DNA of 64,000 nucleotides from a bacterium UBP8_UBA817 (GTDB lineage Bacteria; Margulisbacteria; Marinamargulisbacteria; CAMDBA01): NCBI GenBank assembly GCA_945888995.1, contig CAMDBA010000002.1, positions 1,345 to 65,344 of the forward strand, read 5' to 3'. Shown piece by piece: positions 55,217 to 64,000 of this stretch (position 1 is its first letter; each line of letters starts with the position of its first letter). The notes under the pieces were generated by a model. It saw only the letters and a program-made list of their open reading frames with translations, ran no database searches and was not told where the DNA came from. The position numbers and the translations under genes were made by a program.

Positions 55217-56596
55217 ATGAATACCGATGTTTTTATTAGTTTAGCCTATATTGTCAGTGCGGTTTTATTTGCCTTCGGCTTAAAGCTGCTGGGGTCTCCC
55301 GCCACCGCTCGTAAGGGGAATTTGTTATCCGCGATCGGGATGTTATTGGCCGTTGTCGTCACGCTGACGAGCCGTCATATTATCGATTATAAATGGATCG
55401 TACTTGGTTTATTAGCAGGTTCTGCGTTAGGTGTGTATGCCGCGAACCGCGCAAAAATGATTCAGATGCCCGAAATGGTGGCGCTTTTGCACGGATTTGG
55501 TGGATTAGCCTCTGTTTTTGTGGACTGGGTTGCCTTTGATTCGCATCTTCACTTAGGATTAATTGCGACAGTATCCATTTACTTGTCGATTCTGATCGGG
55601 GGTATTACCTTCACAGGAAGTTGTGTGGCGTGGGGTAAATTGAGTGAAAAGCTTCCGGGAAGCCCGATTTCGTTTCCAGGTCAAAAGCTTTTAACAATCC
55701 TGATATTCTTAGCGGTGGTTGTTTGCGGTGTGATCTTTATCGGTTTCCCTGGGCATCATTATACGGTTTTCTTGATTTTATTGGGCCTCTCATTACTGTT
55801 GGGGGTGCTTTTAGTTATTCCTATCGGTGGTGCGGATATGCCAGTGGTTATTTCCGTATTAAACAGCTATTCAGGTTTAGTAGCTTGTACGACAGGATTT
55901 GTTTTAGATAACACGTTATTAATTGTCGCCGGTGCATTAGTCGGTGCAAACGGAGTTATTCTAAGTATCATTATGTGTAAAGCGATGAACCGTTCATTGA
56001 TCAATGTCCTGTTTGGCGGTTTAGGCTCATCAACCAAAAAATCCGTAACTGAAACCGGTGAAGCAAAACCTATTTCTGCGGAAGATGCCTTCCTGGTATT
56101 GGAATCTGCGAAATCGGTTGTGATCGTTCCCGGTTATGGATTAGCGGTTGCACAGGCGCAGCATGCAGTTCGGGAATTAGGCGAACTGCTTGAAGAAAAC
56201 GGTTGCGATGTCAAATATGCGATTCACCCTGTTGCTGGGCGTATGCCAGGGCATATGAACGTGTTATTAGCCGAAGCCAATGTTCCATATGATCAATTGT
56301 TAGAAATGGATGCGGTTAACCCGACTATGAATATGGTAGATGTTTGTATTGTTATCGGTGCTAATGACGTTGTGAATCCTGCAGCACGGGAAGATGAAGC
56401 CAGCCCGATTTACGGGATGCCGGTTATTAATGTAGACGAAGCTAAAACGGTTTTCGTTCTCAAACGGTCAATGGCAAGCGGATTTGCCGGTATTGAAAAT
56501 CCTCTTTTCTATAAAGAAAATACCCGGATGATTTTTGGCGATGCAAAGTCAACAGTTCAATCGTTAGTTGCTGAGTTCAAAAGCGCTGCCGAATAA
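55217..56596 (+). CDS. pntB: NAD(P) transhydrogenase subunit beta
   Basis: 459 aa. Polytopic N-terminal region plus a C-terminal NADP(H) domain (VPGYGLAVAQAQH, HPVAGRMPGHMNVLLAEA). Confidence 0.93.
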   Translation: MNTDVFISLAYIVSAVLFAFGLKLLGSPATARKGNLLSAIGMLLAVVVTLTSRHIIDYKWIVLGLLAGSALGVYAANRAKMIQMPEMVALLHGFGGLASVFVDWVAFDSHLHLGLIATVSIYLSILIGGITFTGSCVAWGKLSEKLPGSPISFPGQKLLTILIFLAVVVCGVIFIGFPGHHYTVFLILLGLSLLLGVLLVIPIGGADMPVVISVLNSYSGLVACTTGFVLDNTLLIVAGALVGANGVILSIIMCKAMNRSLINVLFGGLGSSTKKSVTETGEAKPISAEDAFLVLESAKSVVIVPGYGLAVAQAQHAVRELGELLEENGCDVKYAIHPVAGRMPGHMNVLLAEANVPYDQLLEMDAVNPTMNMVDVCIVIGANDVVNPAAREDEASPIYGMPVINVDEAKTVFVLKRSMASGFAGIENPLFYKENTRMIFGDAKSTVQSLVAEFKSAAE

Positions 56597-56628
56597 AACG
56601 TTAATCTAAATAAATCAACTCATAAAAA

Positions 56629-56663
56629 GCCTCTCATAACACTTGTGTATGAGCGGCTTTTTT
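56629..56663. terminator. Bidirectional hairpin terminator between pntB and nadA
   Basis: GCCTCTCATA ... TATGAGCGGC (one mismatch), flanked by AAAAA upstream and TTTTTTATTTTTT downstream. Confidence 0.7.
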
Positions 56664-57693
56664 ATTTTTTGGCGGCTGTATAGGCGAACATTTGTTCGAT
56701 ACAGTGACGCGCTTTGGTCTGAAGATCCGGATTTAGAACGATATGATCTTCAGGGTTCGGCGACTTAAGAACACGTAAGATGTCATAGAGTGTGTTGGAC
56801 TTCATATATTTGCACATCGTACATGACCCCACTAATTTTTTTTCAGGAAATTCCAGCTGCAGGCGTGTGGTCAGCCCACATTCGGTTAAAATAAAGAACT
56901 GATTCGCCGAAGTATTCTTAACATAATCGATCATTTGAGATGTGCTGCCGACGTAATCCGATTGTTTCAGAATGGCCGGGCTGCATTCAGGGTGACTGAC
57001 AACTTTGACATCCGGGTGTTCGAGGCGCATATAGTGGATTAATTCAGGGTCATACTCTTCATGGACATAACAAGTTCCATCCCAAAGTAAAATATTTTTT
57101 TGAACGCCTCGGCGTTTCATTTCTACGATTATATTTTGTCCCATTAGTTTGTCTGGTAGAAAGTAGATATTTTGATTTGGAATGCGTTCGACAATGTCGT
57201 AAACATTTGAAGATGTCACACACACGTCACATTCTGCTTTAACATCGGCAGTTGTATTGATATAACAGACGAACGCAAAGTCGGGATATTGAGTTCTCAG
57301 CTTTCGGACATGCTCACCTGTAATGGAATCAGCTAGGCTGCATCCGTTGAGTGTGCTTGGAACCAGGACATCTTTATCCGGATTTAGAATTTTAGCGGTT
57401 TCAGCCATAAATTTGACGGCACTAAATACAATCACATCGGCCGATGTATTCTTCGCGTCGACGCTAAGTGCGTACGAATCTCCGACAAAATCCGCGACGC
57501 CGAAAATAATTTCGGGGCTAACATAGGTATGCGCTAATATAACGGCATTTTTTTCTGCTTTTAACGCATTGATTTCATTGATGACCGGTGCTAATTCACA
57601 GCATTTTTCTTCCGTAAACAGGCAAATTTGGCCACCGATTTTGATATCTTTTAATTTATCGAATAATAGTTGGGCGGTAATGGGTGTGATCAT
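56662..57693 (-). CDS. nadA: Quinolinate synthase
   Basis: 343 aa with the NadA pattern: ILAHTYV, MAETAKIL, HPEC and the TECG region. Confidence 0.92.
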   Translation of the reverse strand: MITPITAQLLFDKLKDIKIGGQICLFTEEKCCELAPVINEINALKAEKNAVILAHTYVSPEIIFGVADFVGDSYALSVDAKNTSADVIVFSAVKFMAETAKILNPDKDVLVPSTLNGCSLADSITGEHVRKLRTQYPDFAFVCYINTTADVKAECDVCVTSSNVYDIVERIPNQNIYFLPDKLMGQNIIVEMKRRGVQKNILLWDGTCYVHEEYDPELIHYMRLEHPDVKVVSHPECSPAILKQSDYVGSTSQMIDYVKNTSANQFFILTECGLTTRLQLEFPEKKLVGSCTMCKYMKSNTLYDILRVLKSPNPEDHIVLNPDLQTKARHCIEQMFAYTAAKK

Positions 57694-57932
57694 GAATGGG
57701 CATCCATTGATTTTCCGATCGCATCGACGGGACAGCTGGCCAATGCCATGTCACACGCCTGTTTTTGCATCTCATTTTCCGGCTGGCGAAAGACAAACGC
57801 ATGCGTATATGTATCGGTCAGCATGAAGTTTTTAGGCGCTATACCGGCACAGGTGTCGCAGGCAATACATTCCTGATCCACATAGAATGTGCCGTCGGTA
57901 TTCTCGGGATATTTTAAGCTAAATGTTGCCAT
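57690..57932 (-). CDS. Small ferredoxin (single Fe-S cluster type)
   Basis: 80 aa. CIACDTCAGIAP plus a distal CP (ASCPVDAI). Its stop overlaps the nadA start by 4 nt. Confidence 0.8.
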   Translation of the reverse strand: MATFSLKYPENTDGTFYVDQECIACDTCAGIAPKNFMLTDTYTHAFVFRQPENEMQKQACDMALASCPVDAIGKSMDAHS

Positions 57933-58096
57933 AAAATAACAGTTTCAATTAAAAATAATACTTCCAAAATGACCTTAACCCAATTTGGTAGATAATTCAA
58001 CTCCGCCGGCTTTGCAGGGCTGCCGCGAATTGTCTATTTAGATAACCTATGATAGCTTTAATGGGTCTTTGACTTTTTATATTAGGAGGTTTTTTC

Positions 58097-58684
58097 ATGT
58101 CTGTTTTAGTTGGTAAATATGCTCCGGATTTTGACGTAAAAGCCGTTGTTAACGGTACTGAAATTGTCGATTCTTATACACTTTCAAGTTTAAAAGGGAA
58201 ATACGTCGTGTTGTTTTTCTATCCGTTGGATTTTACATTCGTATGTCCGACTGAGCTTCACGCGTTTCAAGATAAATTGTCGGAATTTGAATCCCGTAAT
58301 GTCCAAGTGGTCGGATGTTCGGTTGATAGCTGGTTCAGTCACATCGCCTGGTTAAATACCCCAAAAAATTCAGGGGGTATTCAAGGCGTAACCTACCCGA
58401 TTTTATCGGATTTTCATAAATCTATTTCTAAGAGCTACGATGTTCTTAAAGAAGATATGGGCGCATCGTATCGCGGCCTGTTTTTAATTGACTGTGAAGG
58501 AATCGTCCGTCACCAAGTTGTCAATGACTTGTCGCTTGGACGTAGCGTAGAGGAAGTCTTGAGAATGGTAGACGCTCTGCAATATACTGAAAAGTACGGG
58601 GAGGTTTGCCCGGCGAACTGGAAAAGCGGCGACCAGGCCCTTCAACCTTCATCAGAAGGCCTCGTTAATTATTTCAAACACTAA
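58097..58684 (+). CDS. 2-Cys peroxiredoxin (AhpC/Tsa family)
   Basis: 195 aa. Peroxidatic Cys in FYPLDFTFVCPTEL and resolving Cys in GEVCPANW. Confidence 0.93.
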   Translation: MSVLVGKYAPDFDVKAVVNGTEIVDSYTLSSLKGKYVVLFFYPLDFTFVCPTELHAFQDKLSEFESRNVQVVGCSVDSWFSHIAWLNTPKNSGGIQGVTYPILSDFHKSISKSYDVLKEDMGASYRGLFLIDCEGIVRHQVVNDLSLGRSVEEVLRMVDALQYTEKYGEVCPANWKSGDQALQPSSEGLVNYFKH

Positions 58685-58700
58685 GTAAGGAGAATTTACC

Positions 58701-59309
58701 ATGGCCCATACATTGCCGACCCTTTCATATTCTTATGATACATTAGAGCCTTATATCGATGCGAAGACGATGGAGATCCATCATTCTAAGCATCATCAAG
58801 CCTATATTACTAATCTGAATAATGCCATTGCAGGCAAAGCTGATTTGGAAGCAAAGTCTATTGAAGCTTTGATTTCTGATCTGAATGCCGTGCCCGAAGA
58901 TATCCGGGGCGCTGTCCGGAATAATGGAGGCGGTCACGCAAATCACTCTTTTTTTTGGAAAACTTTGGCAAAAAACGGAGGCGAACCTGCAGGGTCGTTG
59001 CTTGCTGCAATTAATAACGATTTCGGAAGCGTTGAGGCGTTTAAAGAAAAATTCGAAACCGCAGCTAAGACCCGGTTCGGAAGTGGGTGGTCATGGTTGG
59101 CTCTCAGCTCAAACGGCACCTTAGAAGTGTTTTCGCTCCCTAATCAGGATAGCCCGCTGATGGAAGGCAAAAAGCCGATTTTAGGTTTAGACGTGTGGGA
59201 ACATGCCTACTATCTGAATTATCAAAATCGCCGTCCTGATTACGTTGCTGCGTTTTGGAATATAGTGAATTGGTCGGCGGTCGAAGAGATTTTTCAAGCC
59301 GCTAAATAG
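58701..59309 (+). CDS. sod: Fe/Mn superoxide dismutase
   Basis: 202 aa. LPxLxY start, HHSKHHQAY and DVWEHAYYL motifs. Confidence 0.95.
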   Translation: MAHTLPTLSYSYDTLEPYIDAKTMEIHHSKHHQAYITNLNNAIAGKADLEAKSIEALISDLNAVPEDIRGAVRNNGGGHANHSFFWKTLAKNGGEPAGSLLAAINNDFGSVEAFKEKFETAAKTRFGSGWSWLALSSNGTLEVFSLPNQDSPLMEGKKPILGLDVWEHAYYLNYQNRRPDYVAAFWNIVNWSAVEEIFQAAK

Positions 59310-59330
59310 GTATTTAGATCTCGATTAAGC

Positions 59331-59367
59331 AAAAACCCCGGATTTTATTCCGGGGTTTTTGTTTTTT
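59331..59367. terminator. Bidirectional Rho-independent terminator (sod / bioB)
   Basis: AAAAACCCCGGA-ttttat-TCCGGGGTTTTTGTTTTTT. Confidence 0.85.
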
Positions 59368-59392
59368 AGCTCATATCGGTTGCAATTGAAGT

Positions 59393-60475
59393 TTATACTT
59401 GCAACTCAGGTCTAAGATCGGCCAATGTTTTCATTTTAACTTCGTAGGTATCAGTTTTGGTTTCGTTATTTTGGTCGAGCAGGGCATCGATTCCATGATC
59501 GGACCGAATATCAAATCCCGCGTCTTTGATCATTTGGAGCGTTGGGTCTTTTTCGGTTCCGGTTGTATTCAGATAGCCTTGCATAAATAATGAATTAGCG
59601 GGATAGAGCGCAAGTACCTGCATGCTGCGAAGATTTACTTCCCGGCCAGCGGCGATCCGGATTTCGGCCTTAGGATTCAAAAATCTAAATAGGCTTAAGA
59701 CTCTTAAGCAATAGTCAGGAGTAAGCGTGCCGGCAGTTTTTAAAGTAGTTCCTTCAATTGGAATCAGGAAATTCACCGGGATTGAGACCGTGCCTAACTC
59801 CCGTAATTTAAAGGCAACATCAATAATATCTTCCTGTTTCTCACCGAGGCCGACGATCATCCCTGAACAAAGTCCCAACCCTGCGGCTTGGCCTGCAAGC
59901 AGAGTCTGCATCCGGTCTTGAAAGGTATGGGAATCGCAAATCTCGGGATAAAACGATTCGGATGTGTTTAGATTGTGATTAAGACGGTCCAGACCTGCCG
60001 CTTTTAATTTTTTTGTCGACTCTTCGTTAAGTAGTCCGGATGACAGGCAGACTTCAATAGGAACGGTTTGCTTGATCTTGCTGATCAGCTCAGCAAGCTT
60101 ATCAACCCGGCGCGGGGCAGGACCTCTGCCGGATAAAACCATGCAATAGCGATAAGCGCCCTGATCATAGGCCCGTTTTGCCTCTGCAATAATTTCGGAT
60201 TCCGGTTTGATGGCATAATCCGCGATACCGGCTTCGGATGTTTTGGCTTGAGCGCAGTAGCTGCAAGTTTCGGGACAGTTTCCATTTTGGACATTATTAA
60301 TGATATGGATAGTGACTTCATTTTTCCAATACGCTTTTCGTACTTGAAATGCGGCATGAAGTAGCGGTAATAACTCAATCTCATCCGATTTTAGACAGGC
60401 CATGCACTCTTCGTGTGTCAGCGGCTCGCCGGCTAAACTTTTTTCGGCCCAAATATTAACGGTTGTTTTAGTCAT
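59393..60475 (-). CDS. bioB: Biotin synthase-like radical SAM enzyme
   Basis: 360 aa. Radical-SAM box NGNCPETCSYCAQ with BioB-like context (AAFQVRKAYW..., YRYCMV). Confidence 0.75.
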   Translation of the reverse strand: MTKTTVNIWAEKSLAGEPLTHEECMACLKSDEIELLPLLHAAFQVRKAYWKNEVTIHIINNVQNGNCPETCSYCAQAKTSEAGIADYAIKPESEIIAEAKRAYDQGAYRYCMVLSGRGPAPRRVDKLAELISKIKQTVPIEVCLSSGLLNEESTKKLKAAGLDRLNHNLNTSESFYPEICDSHTFQDRMQTLLAGQAAGLGLCSGMIVGLGEKQEDIIDVAFKLRELGTVSIPVNFLIPIEGTTLKTAGTLTPDYCLRVLSLFRFLNPKAEIRIAAGREVNLRSMQVLALYPANSLFMQGYLNTTGTEKDPTLQMIKDAGFDIRSDHGIDALLDQNNETKTDTYEVKMKTLADLRPELQV

Positions 60476-60636
60476 AATCGTAATCCTTTTCTATAGATAG
60501 AATTCGAAGGCCTAACCTTTCGAATAATCTAGTATATATCCCATAAAAGTTCAAATTCGACGTGTAAAAAAATTAGGGATTCAAAAAAAAAAATAAGTAG
60601 AGTATTATTAATCGTCTTTGTTTCTTGAATATATAT

Positions 60637-60723
60637 GCCGAAGTGGCGGAATTGGTAGACGCGCTGGTCTCAAAATCCAGTGGACGCAAGTCCGTGCCGG
60701 TTCGATTCCGGCCTTCGGTACCA
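60637..60723 (+). tRNA. tRNA-Leu (anticodon CAA), long variable arm, CCA encoded
   Basis: 87 nt, GCCGAAGTGGCGGAATTGGTAGAC... The anticodon loop is CTCAAAA, with a T-T pair at the base of the stem. The variable arm is GTGGACGCAAGTCCGT. Confidence 0.9.
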
Positions 60724-60762
60724 CCTCTCTTAATCCAAAAAGAGTATGTCTGTGTTTATTAA

Positions 60763-62493
60763 ATGGCCCAGTATCTTAGATTACTAAAGTTTTTATTACC
60801 CTATAAATATTCGCTGTATGCATCCGTTTTCCTGACACTTTTATTTGCAGTGTCGAATGTAATGGTCATGCCGTTAATCCGAGACATCGCAAATGAAGTA
60901 GCGGATAAAAATCTTGTCTATTTTACGAACCATATTTTCAGCGCGTTAATTCTCTTTACTTTGCGGTTAACCTTTAAATATGCGCAGTATTACCTTATGG
61001 CATGGGTAGGTCATCGGGTGATTTTAGATATTCGGATGGCACTATACGAGAAGCTGCAGGACTTCTCGTTAGATTTTTACTCGAAGTGGAAAACAGGGGA
61101 TGTCTTAACACGGTTTTTCTCGGATGTGGACCGGGTGAAGGACGCATTGATCCAAGGATTCGAACAAATATTGCCTCAATCGGTGACGTTGATTGCAGTT
61201 ATCGGATATTTGTTTTACCTAAATTGGAGATTAACTTTGATTTCCATAGTCGGTGTCCCGCTCTTTATCTTTTTAACCATGTATTTTGCCGAGAAACTTA
61301 AAAAGACATCGGTAAAAGTGCAGCGTAAAACGGCGGACCTCGCCCATATTGTTCAGGAAACCATCGCTAATATCGCGGTTATTAAAGCGTACACGTTCGA
61401 AAAACGCGAAATTGCCCGCTTTCATAAAGAAAGTAATCGCAATTTTATGGCAACCATGAAAGGCGTCCGATACACTGTGATTCAGGAGCCGTTTATCGGA
61501 CTTTTGCAGTTTTTGGTGATTTTATTGGTAATCTGGTACGGCGGCTACCAAGTAACCAAAGATATTATTACCGGTCCGATGCTACTGGCTTTTTTCACGG
61601 GGATTTTATTATTAGTTGATCCGGTTATGGCGTTGTCCAGGGTCTATACGATGATTAAACAGGCCACAGCGTCGACCGAGCGTATTTTTTCTCTATTGGA
61701 TCTGCCTGCGACAATTCAAAATCATGCGACTGTTCAGAAAGTTCCGTCTTTGCATGGCAATGTGACATTTGAAAATGTGTCATTTGCTTATGAAGCTAAT
61801 CAAAGCCCGGTATTAAAAAACATTAATTTGGATGTTAAAAAAGGTGAGATTATCGCGCTTGTGGGCCTTTCCGGGGCAGGAAAGAGCACAATGGTGAATT
61901 TGATTCCACGGTTTTATGATCCTACAGAAGGCTCGATTAAGGTCGATGGAATAGATTTGAGGGATATTCAGTTAAATAGTTTGCGTTCTCAGTTGGCAAT
62001 TGTGCCTCAAGAGAGTATTTTATTTAGAGGAACTTTGCTGGATAATATTCGGTATGGAAAATTAAATGCAACCGAGGAAGAAGTCATCGAAGCTGCCAAG
62101 AAAGCCAATGCTTGGGAGTTTATCGAAAAAATGCCGGGGAAGCTTAGATCGCGGTTAGGAGATCGAGGCTATAAATTGTCAGGTGGTCAGAAGCAGCGGG
62201 TATCGATTGCCCGGGCAATTCTGAGAGATCCGAAAATCTTGATTTTGGATGAAGCCACCTCCGCATTGGATTCTAAATCGGAAGCATTAGTACAAGAGGC
62301 CTTAATTACGTTAATGGAAGGCCGGACAACATTTGTAATTGCGCACCGCTTATCAACTATTGTGCATGCCCATAAAATTGTTGTTTTAGAAAACGGAAGA
62401 ATTGTCGAAATCGGCACTCATGACGAGCTTGTTGGAAAAGGGGGTGCCTATTACCACTTTTACCGCATTCAATTTGAAAAGAAAAAGAAATAA
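60763..62493 (+). CDS. ABC transporter, fused permease/ATPase (MsbA-like exporter)
   Basis: 576 aa. Six-TM domain, Walker A GLSGAGKST, signature LSGGQKQR, Walker B ILILDEATSALD. Confidence 0.88.
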   Translation: MAQYLRLLKFLLPYKYSLYASVFLTLLFAVSNVMVMPLIRDIANEVADKNLVYFTNHIFSALILFTLRLTFKYAQYYLMAWVGHRVILDIRMALYEKLQDFSLDFYSKWKTGDVLTRFFSDVDRVKDALIQGFEQILPQSVTLIAVIGYLFYLNWRLTLISIVGVPLFIFLTMYFAEKLKKTSVKVQRKTADLAHIVQETIANIAVIKAYTFEKREIARFHKESNRNFMATMKGVRYTVIQEPFIGLLQFLVILLVIWYGGYQVTKDIITGPMLLAFFTGILLLVDPVMALSRVYTMIKQATASTERIFSLLDLPATIQNHATVQKVPSLHGNVTFENVSFAYEANQSPVLKNINLDVKKGEIIALVGLSGAGKSTMVNLIPRFYDPTEGSIKVDGIDLRDIQLNSLRSQLAIVPQESILFRGTLLDNIRYGKLNATEEEVIEAAKKANAWEFIEKMPGKLRSRLGDRGYKLSGGQKQRVSIARAILRDPKILILDEATSALDSKSEALVQEALITLMEGRTTFVIAHRLSTIVHAHKIVVLENGRIVEIGTHDELVGKGGAYYHFYRIQFEKKKK

Positions 62494-62531
62494 CTTCTCT
62501 AAATCTCTCAGTAAGGATATCATTATAATCT

Positions 62532-64000
62532 ATGAACGAAGTATCAGCAGCACAAAAAAGCGTAGAAATTTGGGACATAAAAGCGGTTGATCCCGCAGAA
62601 ATCCAGAAATACGCAAAAGCACTTTCTATTGATCCATTTTTAGCCCGGGTATTATTGGCCCGGAATATTTGTGATGGCAACATTCCCGCCATCAAAGAAT
62701 TCTTGAATCCTTCGAAAGAATTGATTCGGGATACCCGATATATTACCAGTGAGGAGCACTTAAATCGCGCCATTGCCCGTGTCAGAAAGGCATTAGAAAA
62801 TTCAGAAAAAATCGTTGTAAACGGAGATCCTGATGCTGATGGCATTACAGGTAGTTCTATTATTGTTGCCGGATTAAGACATCTCGGCGGACAAGTGACG
62901 TATGATTTCCCGACGAGGTCCAAAGAAGGCCATGGTCTTCAGCCCCGTATTATCGACGAATCAAAACGTGACGGCGTAACACTTATTATTACCTCTGATT
63001 GCGGTAGTAAAGACGTCGAATCGGTTGATTATGCAAAGTCATTAGGAATTGACGTTATTATTTGTGATCACCACGTTTTAGGCCGAACACTTCCGAATTC
63101 AGAAGCCATCATTAATCCATATTTAGCAGAAGGCGCGACCCAGACCCGTCATTTGGCGGGTGCCGGCGTTTCCTTTAAGCTGATTCTGGCAATCTTCAAT
63201 GCCATGGGTGTTGAGTTACCTAAAATTTTATATGAATTTTTATTAGCGCTCGCAGCTTTAGGAACATTATCCGATCGGATGTCACTTTTGGCGCCGATGA
63301 ACCGAATTATTGTCAAAAAAGGTGTGGCGATTCTGAATCATACACGCCTAATCGGCTTGAAAACATTAAAAGATATTAGCTCAGGCGATCATCTTGAATT
63401 AAAACCACGTGATATTAGCCGTACGATTTCGCCACGCTTAAATGCGCCTGGTCGAATCGGTGATAGAGATGAAGGTATTCCAGATTCCCGGATTGTCGTC
63501 GACCTTTTGCTGTTGGACATGTCCCAAGAGTCATTGGATAAGGCGCAAGAATATATCGATCAGTTCACGCAGGTTCTGGATTTGGAACAGGAAATTCGTA
63601 TTGCATCACAGATGAGTGAAAAAGCCCTCTATGTTGATGAATTGAACGAAAAGCGTAAGCGTATAACTAGTAAAATCGAAGACGAAATTGAAAAAAATAT
63701 CCAGGAGCAAGTCGATCTTGAACGGGATAAAATTATCGTCGTCAGAGGAAAAGACTGGAATTCCGGTGTTATCGGAATTGACGTGGACCGGCTGCGGGAG
63801 CGGTTCTTAAGACCGGCGATGATTTTAACGGAATATAGCGGAAGCGAATATTTGCGGGCCTCTGTTAGAAGTATTCCTGGGATTAATGTCTATCATATTA
63901 TTGATACGGTTGCGGAATCATTCGAACGGGATTTTGGAAAAAAACTATTCCAGGTTGAAGTAGATACAGAACTTGGGAAAAGATCGATTCATGCATTTGG
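62532..64000 (+). CDS. recJ: Single-stranded-DNA-specific exonuclease RecJ (3' end beyond the window)
   Basis: Absent from the ORF track because the frame is still open at 64000. Hand translation gives MNEVSAAQKSVEIWDIK...VNGDPDADGITGSS...TSDCG...ICDHH (DHH motifs). Confidence 0.85.
   Translation, partial: MNEVSAAQKSVEIWDIKAVDPAEIQKYAKALSIDPFLARVLLARNICDGNIPAIKEFLNPSKELIRDTRYITSEEHLNRAIARVRKALENSEKIVVNGDPDADGITGSSIIVAGLRHLGGQVTYDFPTRSKEGHGLQPRIIDESKRDGVTLIITSDCGSKDVESVDYAKSLGIDVIICDHHVLGRTLPNSEAIINPYLAEGATQTRHLAGAGVSFKLILAIFNAMGVELPKILYEFLLALAALGTLSDRMSLLAPMNRIIVKKGVAILNHTRLIGLKTLKDISSGDHLELKPRDISRTISPRLNAPGRIGDRDEGIPDSRIVVDLLLLDMSQESLDKAQEYIDQFTQVLDLEQEIRIASQMSEKALYVDELNEKRKRITSKIEDEIEKNIQEQVDLERDKIIVVRGKDWNSGVIGIDVDRLRERFLRPAMILTEYSGSEYLRASVRSIPGINVYHIIDTVAESFERDFGKKLFQVEVDTELGKRSIHAF

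Noticed and set aside
57933-58096. NAD+ (nadA-motif) riboswitch upstream of fdx-nadA, or an OxyR/PerR operator upstream of the peroxiredoxin-sod pair.
   Set aside because: I could draw no convincing tandem stem-bulge domains on the minus strand. The CTAT...ATAG pieces near 58040-58065 are complementary only over their 4-nt ends.
60500-60530. Near-palindrome ATTCGAAGG-cctaa-CCTTTCGAAT in the bioB leader as a BirA operator.
   Set aside because: It does not resemble the BirA operator half-sites I know (TGTAAACC-type). It may simply be a 5'-UTR hairpin, and the evidence is insufficient.
62357-62923. 188-aa ORF on the minus strand.
   Set aside because: It lies antisense to the clear RecJ frame (DHH motifs on the plus strand from 62532) and overlaps the end of the ABC transporter gene. 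It has no motif and is a typical shadow ORF. The same reasoning applies to the many 60-130-aa antisense or out-of-frame track ORFs inside ilvD, nadB, glgA, the GH94-like genes, proC and the giant ORF.

Overview
This is a dense 64-kb chromosomal window from an unidentified bacterium. msbA-like and LptC-like genes suggest a diderm envelope, and purine synthesis uses separate PurQ and PurS subunits. All calls come from reading the sequence and ORF translations by eye; no database search, profile search or composition statistic was run.

I can support about 56 protein-coding genes and four tRNA genes, all with encoded CCA: His-GUG, Gly-CCC, Val-GAC and Leu-CAA. I saw no rRNA, CRISPR array, transposase, integrase or phage structural gene.

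Most of the window is housekeeping:
- Surface-polysaccharide cluster at 80-6840: GT4, GT2, two epimerases, a WecA/WbpL-type initiating transferase, DUF218 and ugd.
- Biosynthesis and central metabolism: ilvD, purQ with a tandem PurS-like gene, nadB, nadA, glgA, aroE, aroK, folD, proC, glmS, bioB, coaBC and gmk.
- Information processing and repair: rpoZ, a pseudouridine synthase, tlyA, recN and recJ (truncated by the window end).
- Envelope, redox and stress: mltG, beta-carbonic anhydrase, pntAA/AB/B, ndh, a TlpA-like oxidoreductase, peroxiredoxin, superoxide dismutase and an msbA-like ABC exporter.

Four things stand out.
1. The accessory-looking locus at 34.6-45.5 kb is the main candidate for something new. 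It holds an uninterrupted 2,502-aa ORF with no signal peptide, a serine-run N-terminus and a central coiled coil. Near its C-terminus is an H-C-M-S-N-K-D-R-S-G loop matching the CX5R P-loop of SopB/IpgD/INPP4-type phosphoinositide phosphatases. A small secreted beta-rich protein, tRNA-Gly and a 728-aa PEP-synthase/PPDK-family phosphotransferase with an unrecognisable ~330-aa C-terminal domain follow it.
2. An 8.4-kb translationally coupled operon at 18.4-26.8 kb places a dimeric dUTPase-family protein between two very large GH94-clan phosphorylase-like proteins, followed by folD and a DegT-type aminotransferase.
3. A 33-bp exact duplication of the tRNA-Val 3' end lies 180 bp downstream of the gene, like an att scar.
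4. Three GC-rich palindromic REP-like elements sit in convergent gene gaps, and one supplies the C-terminal tail and stop codon of aroE.
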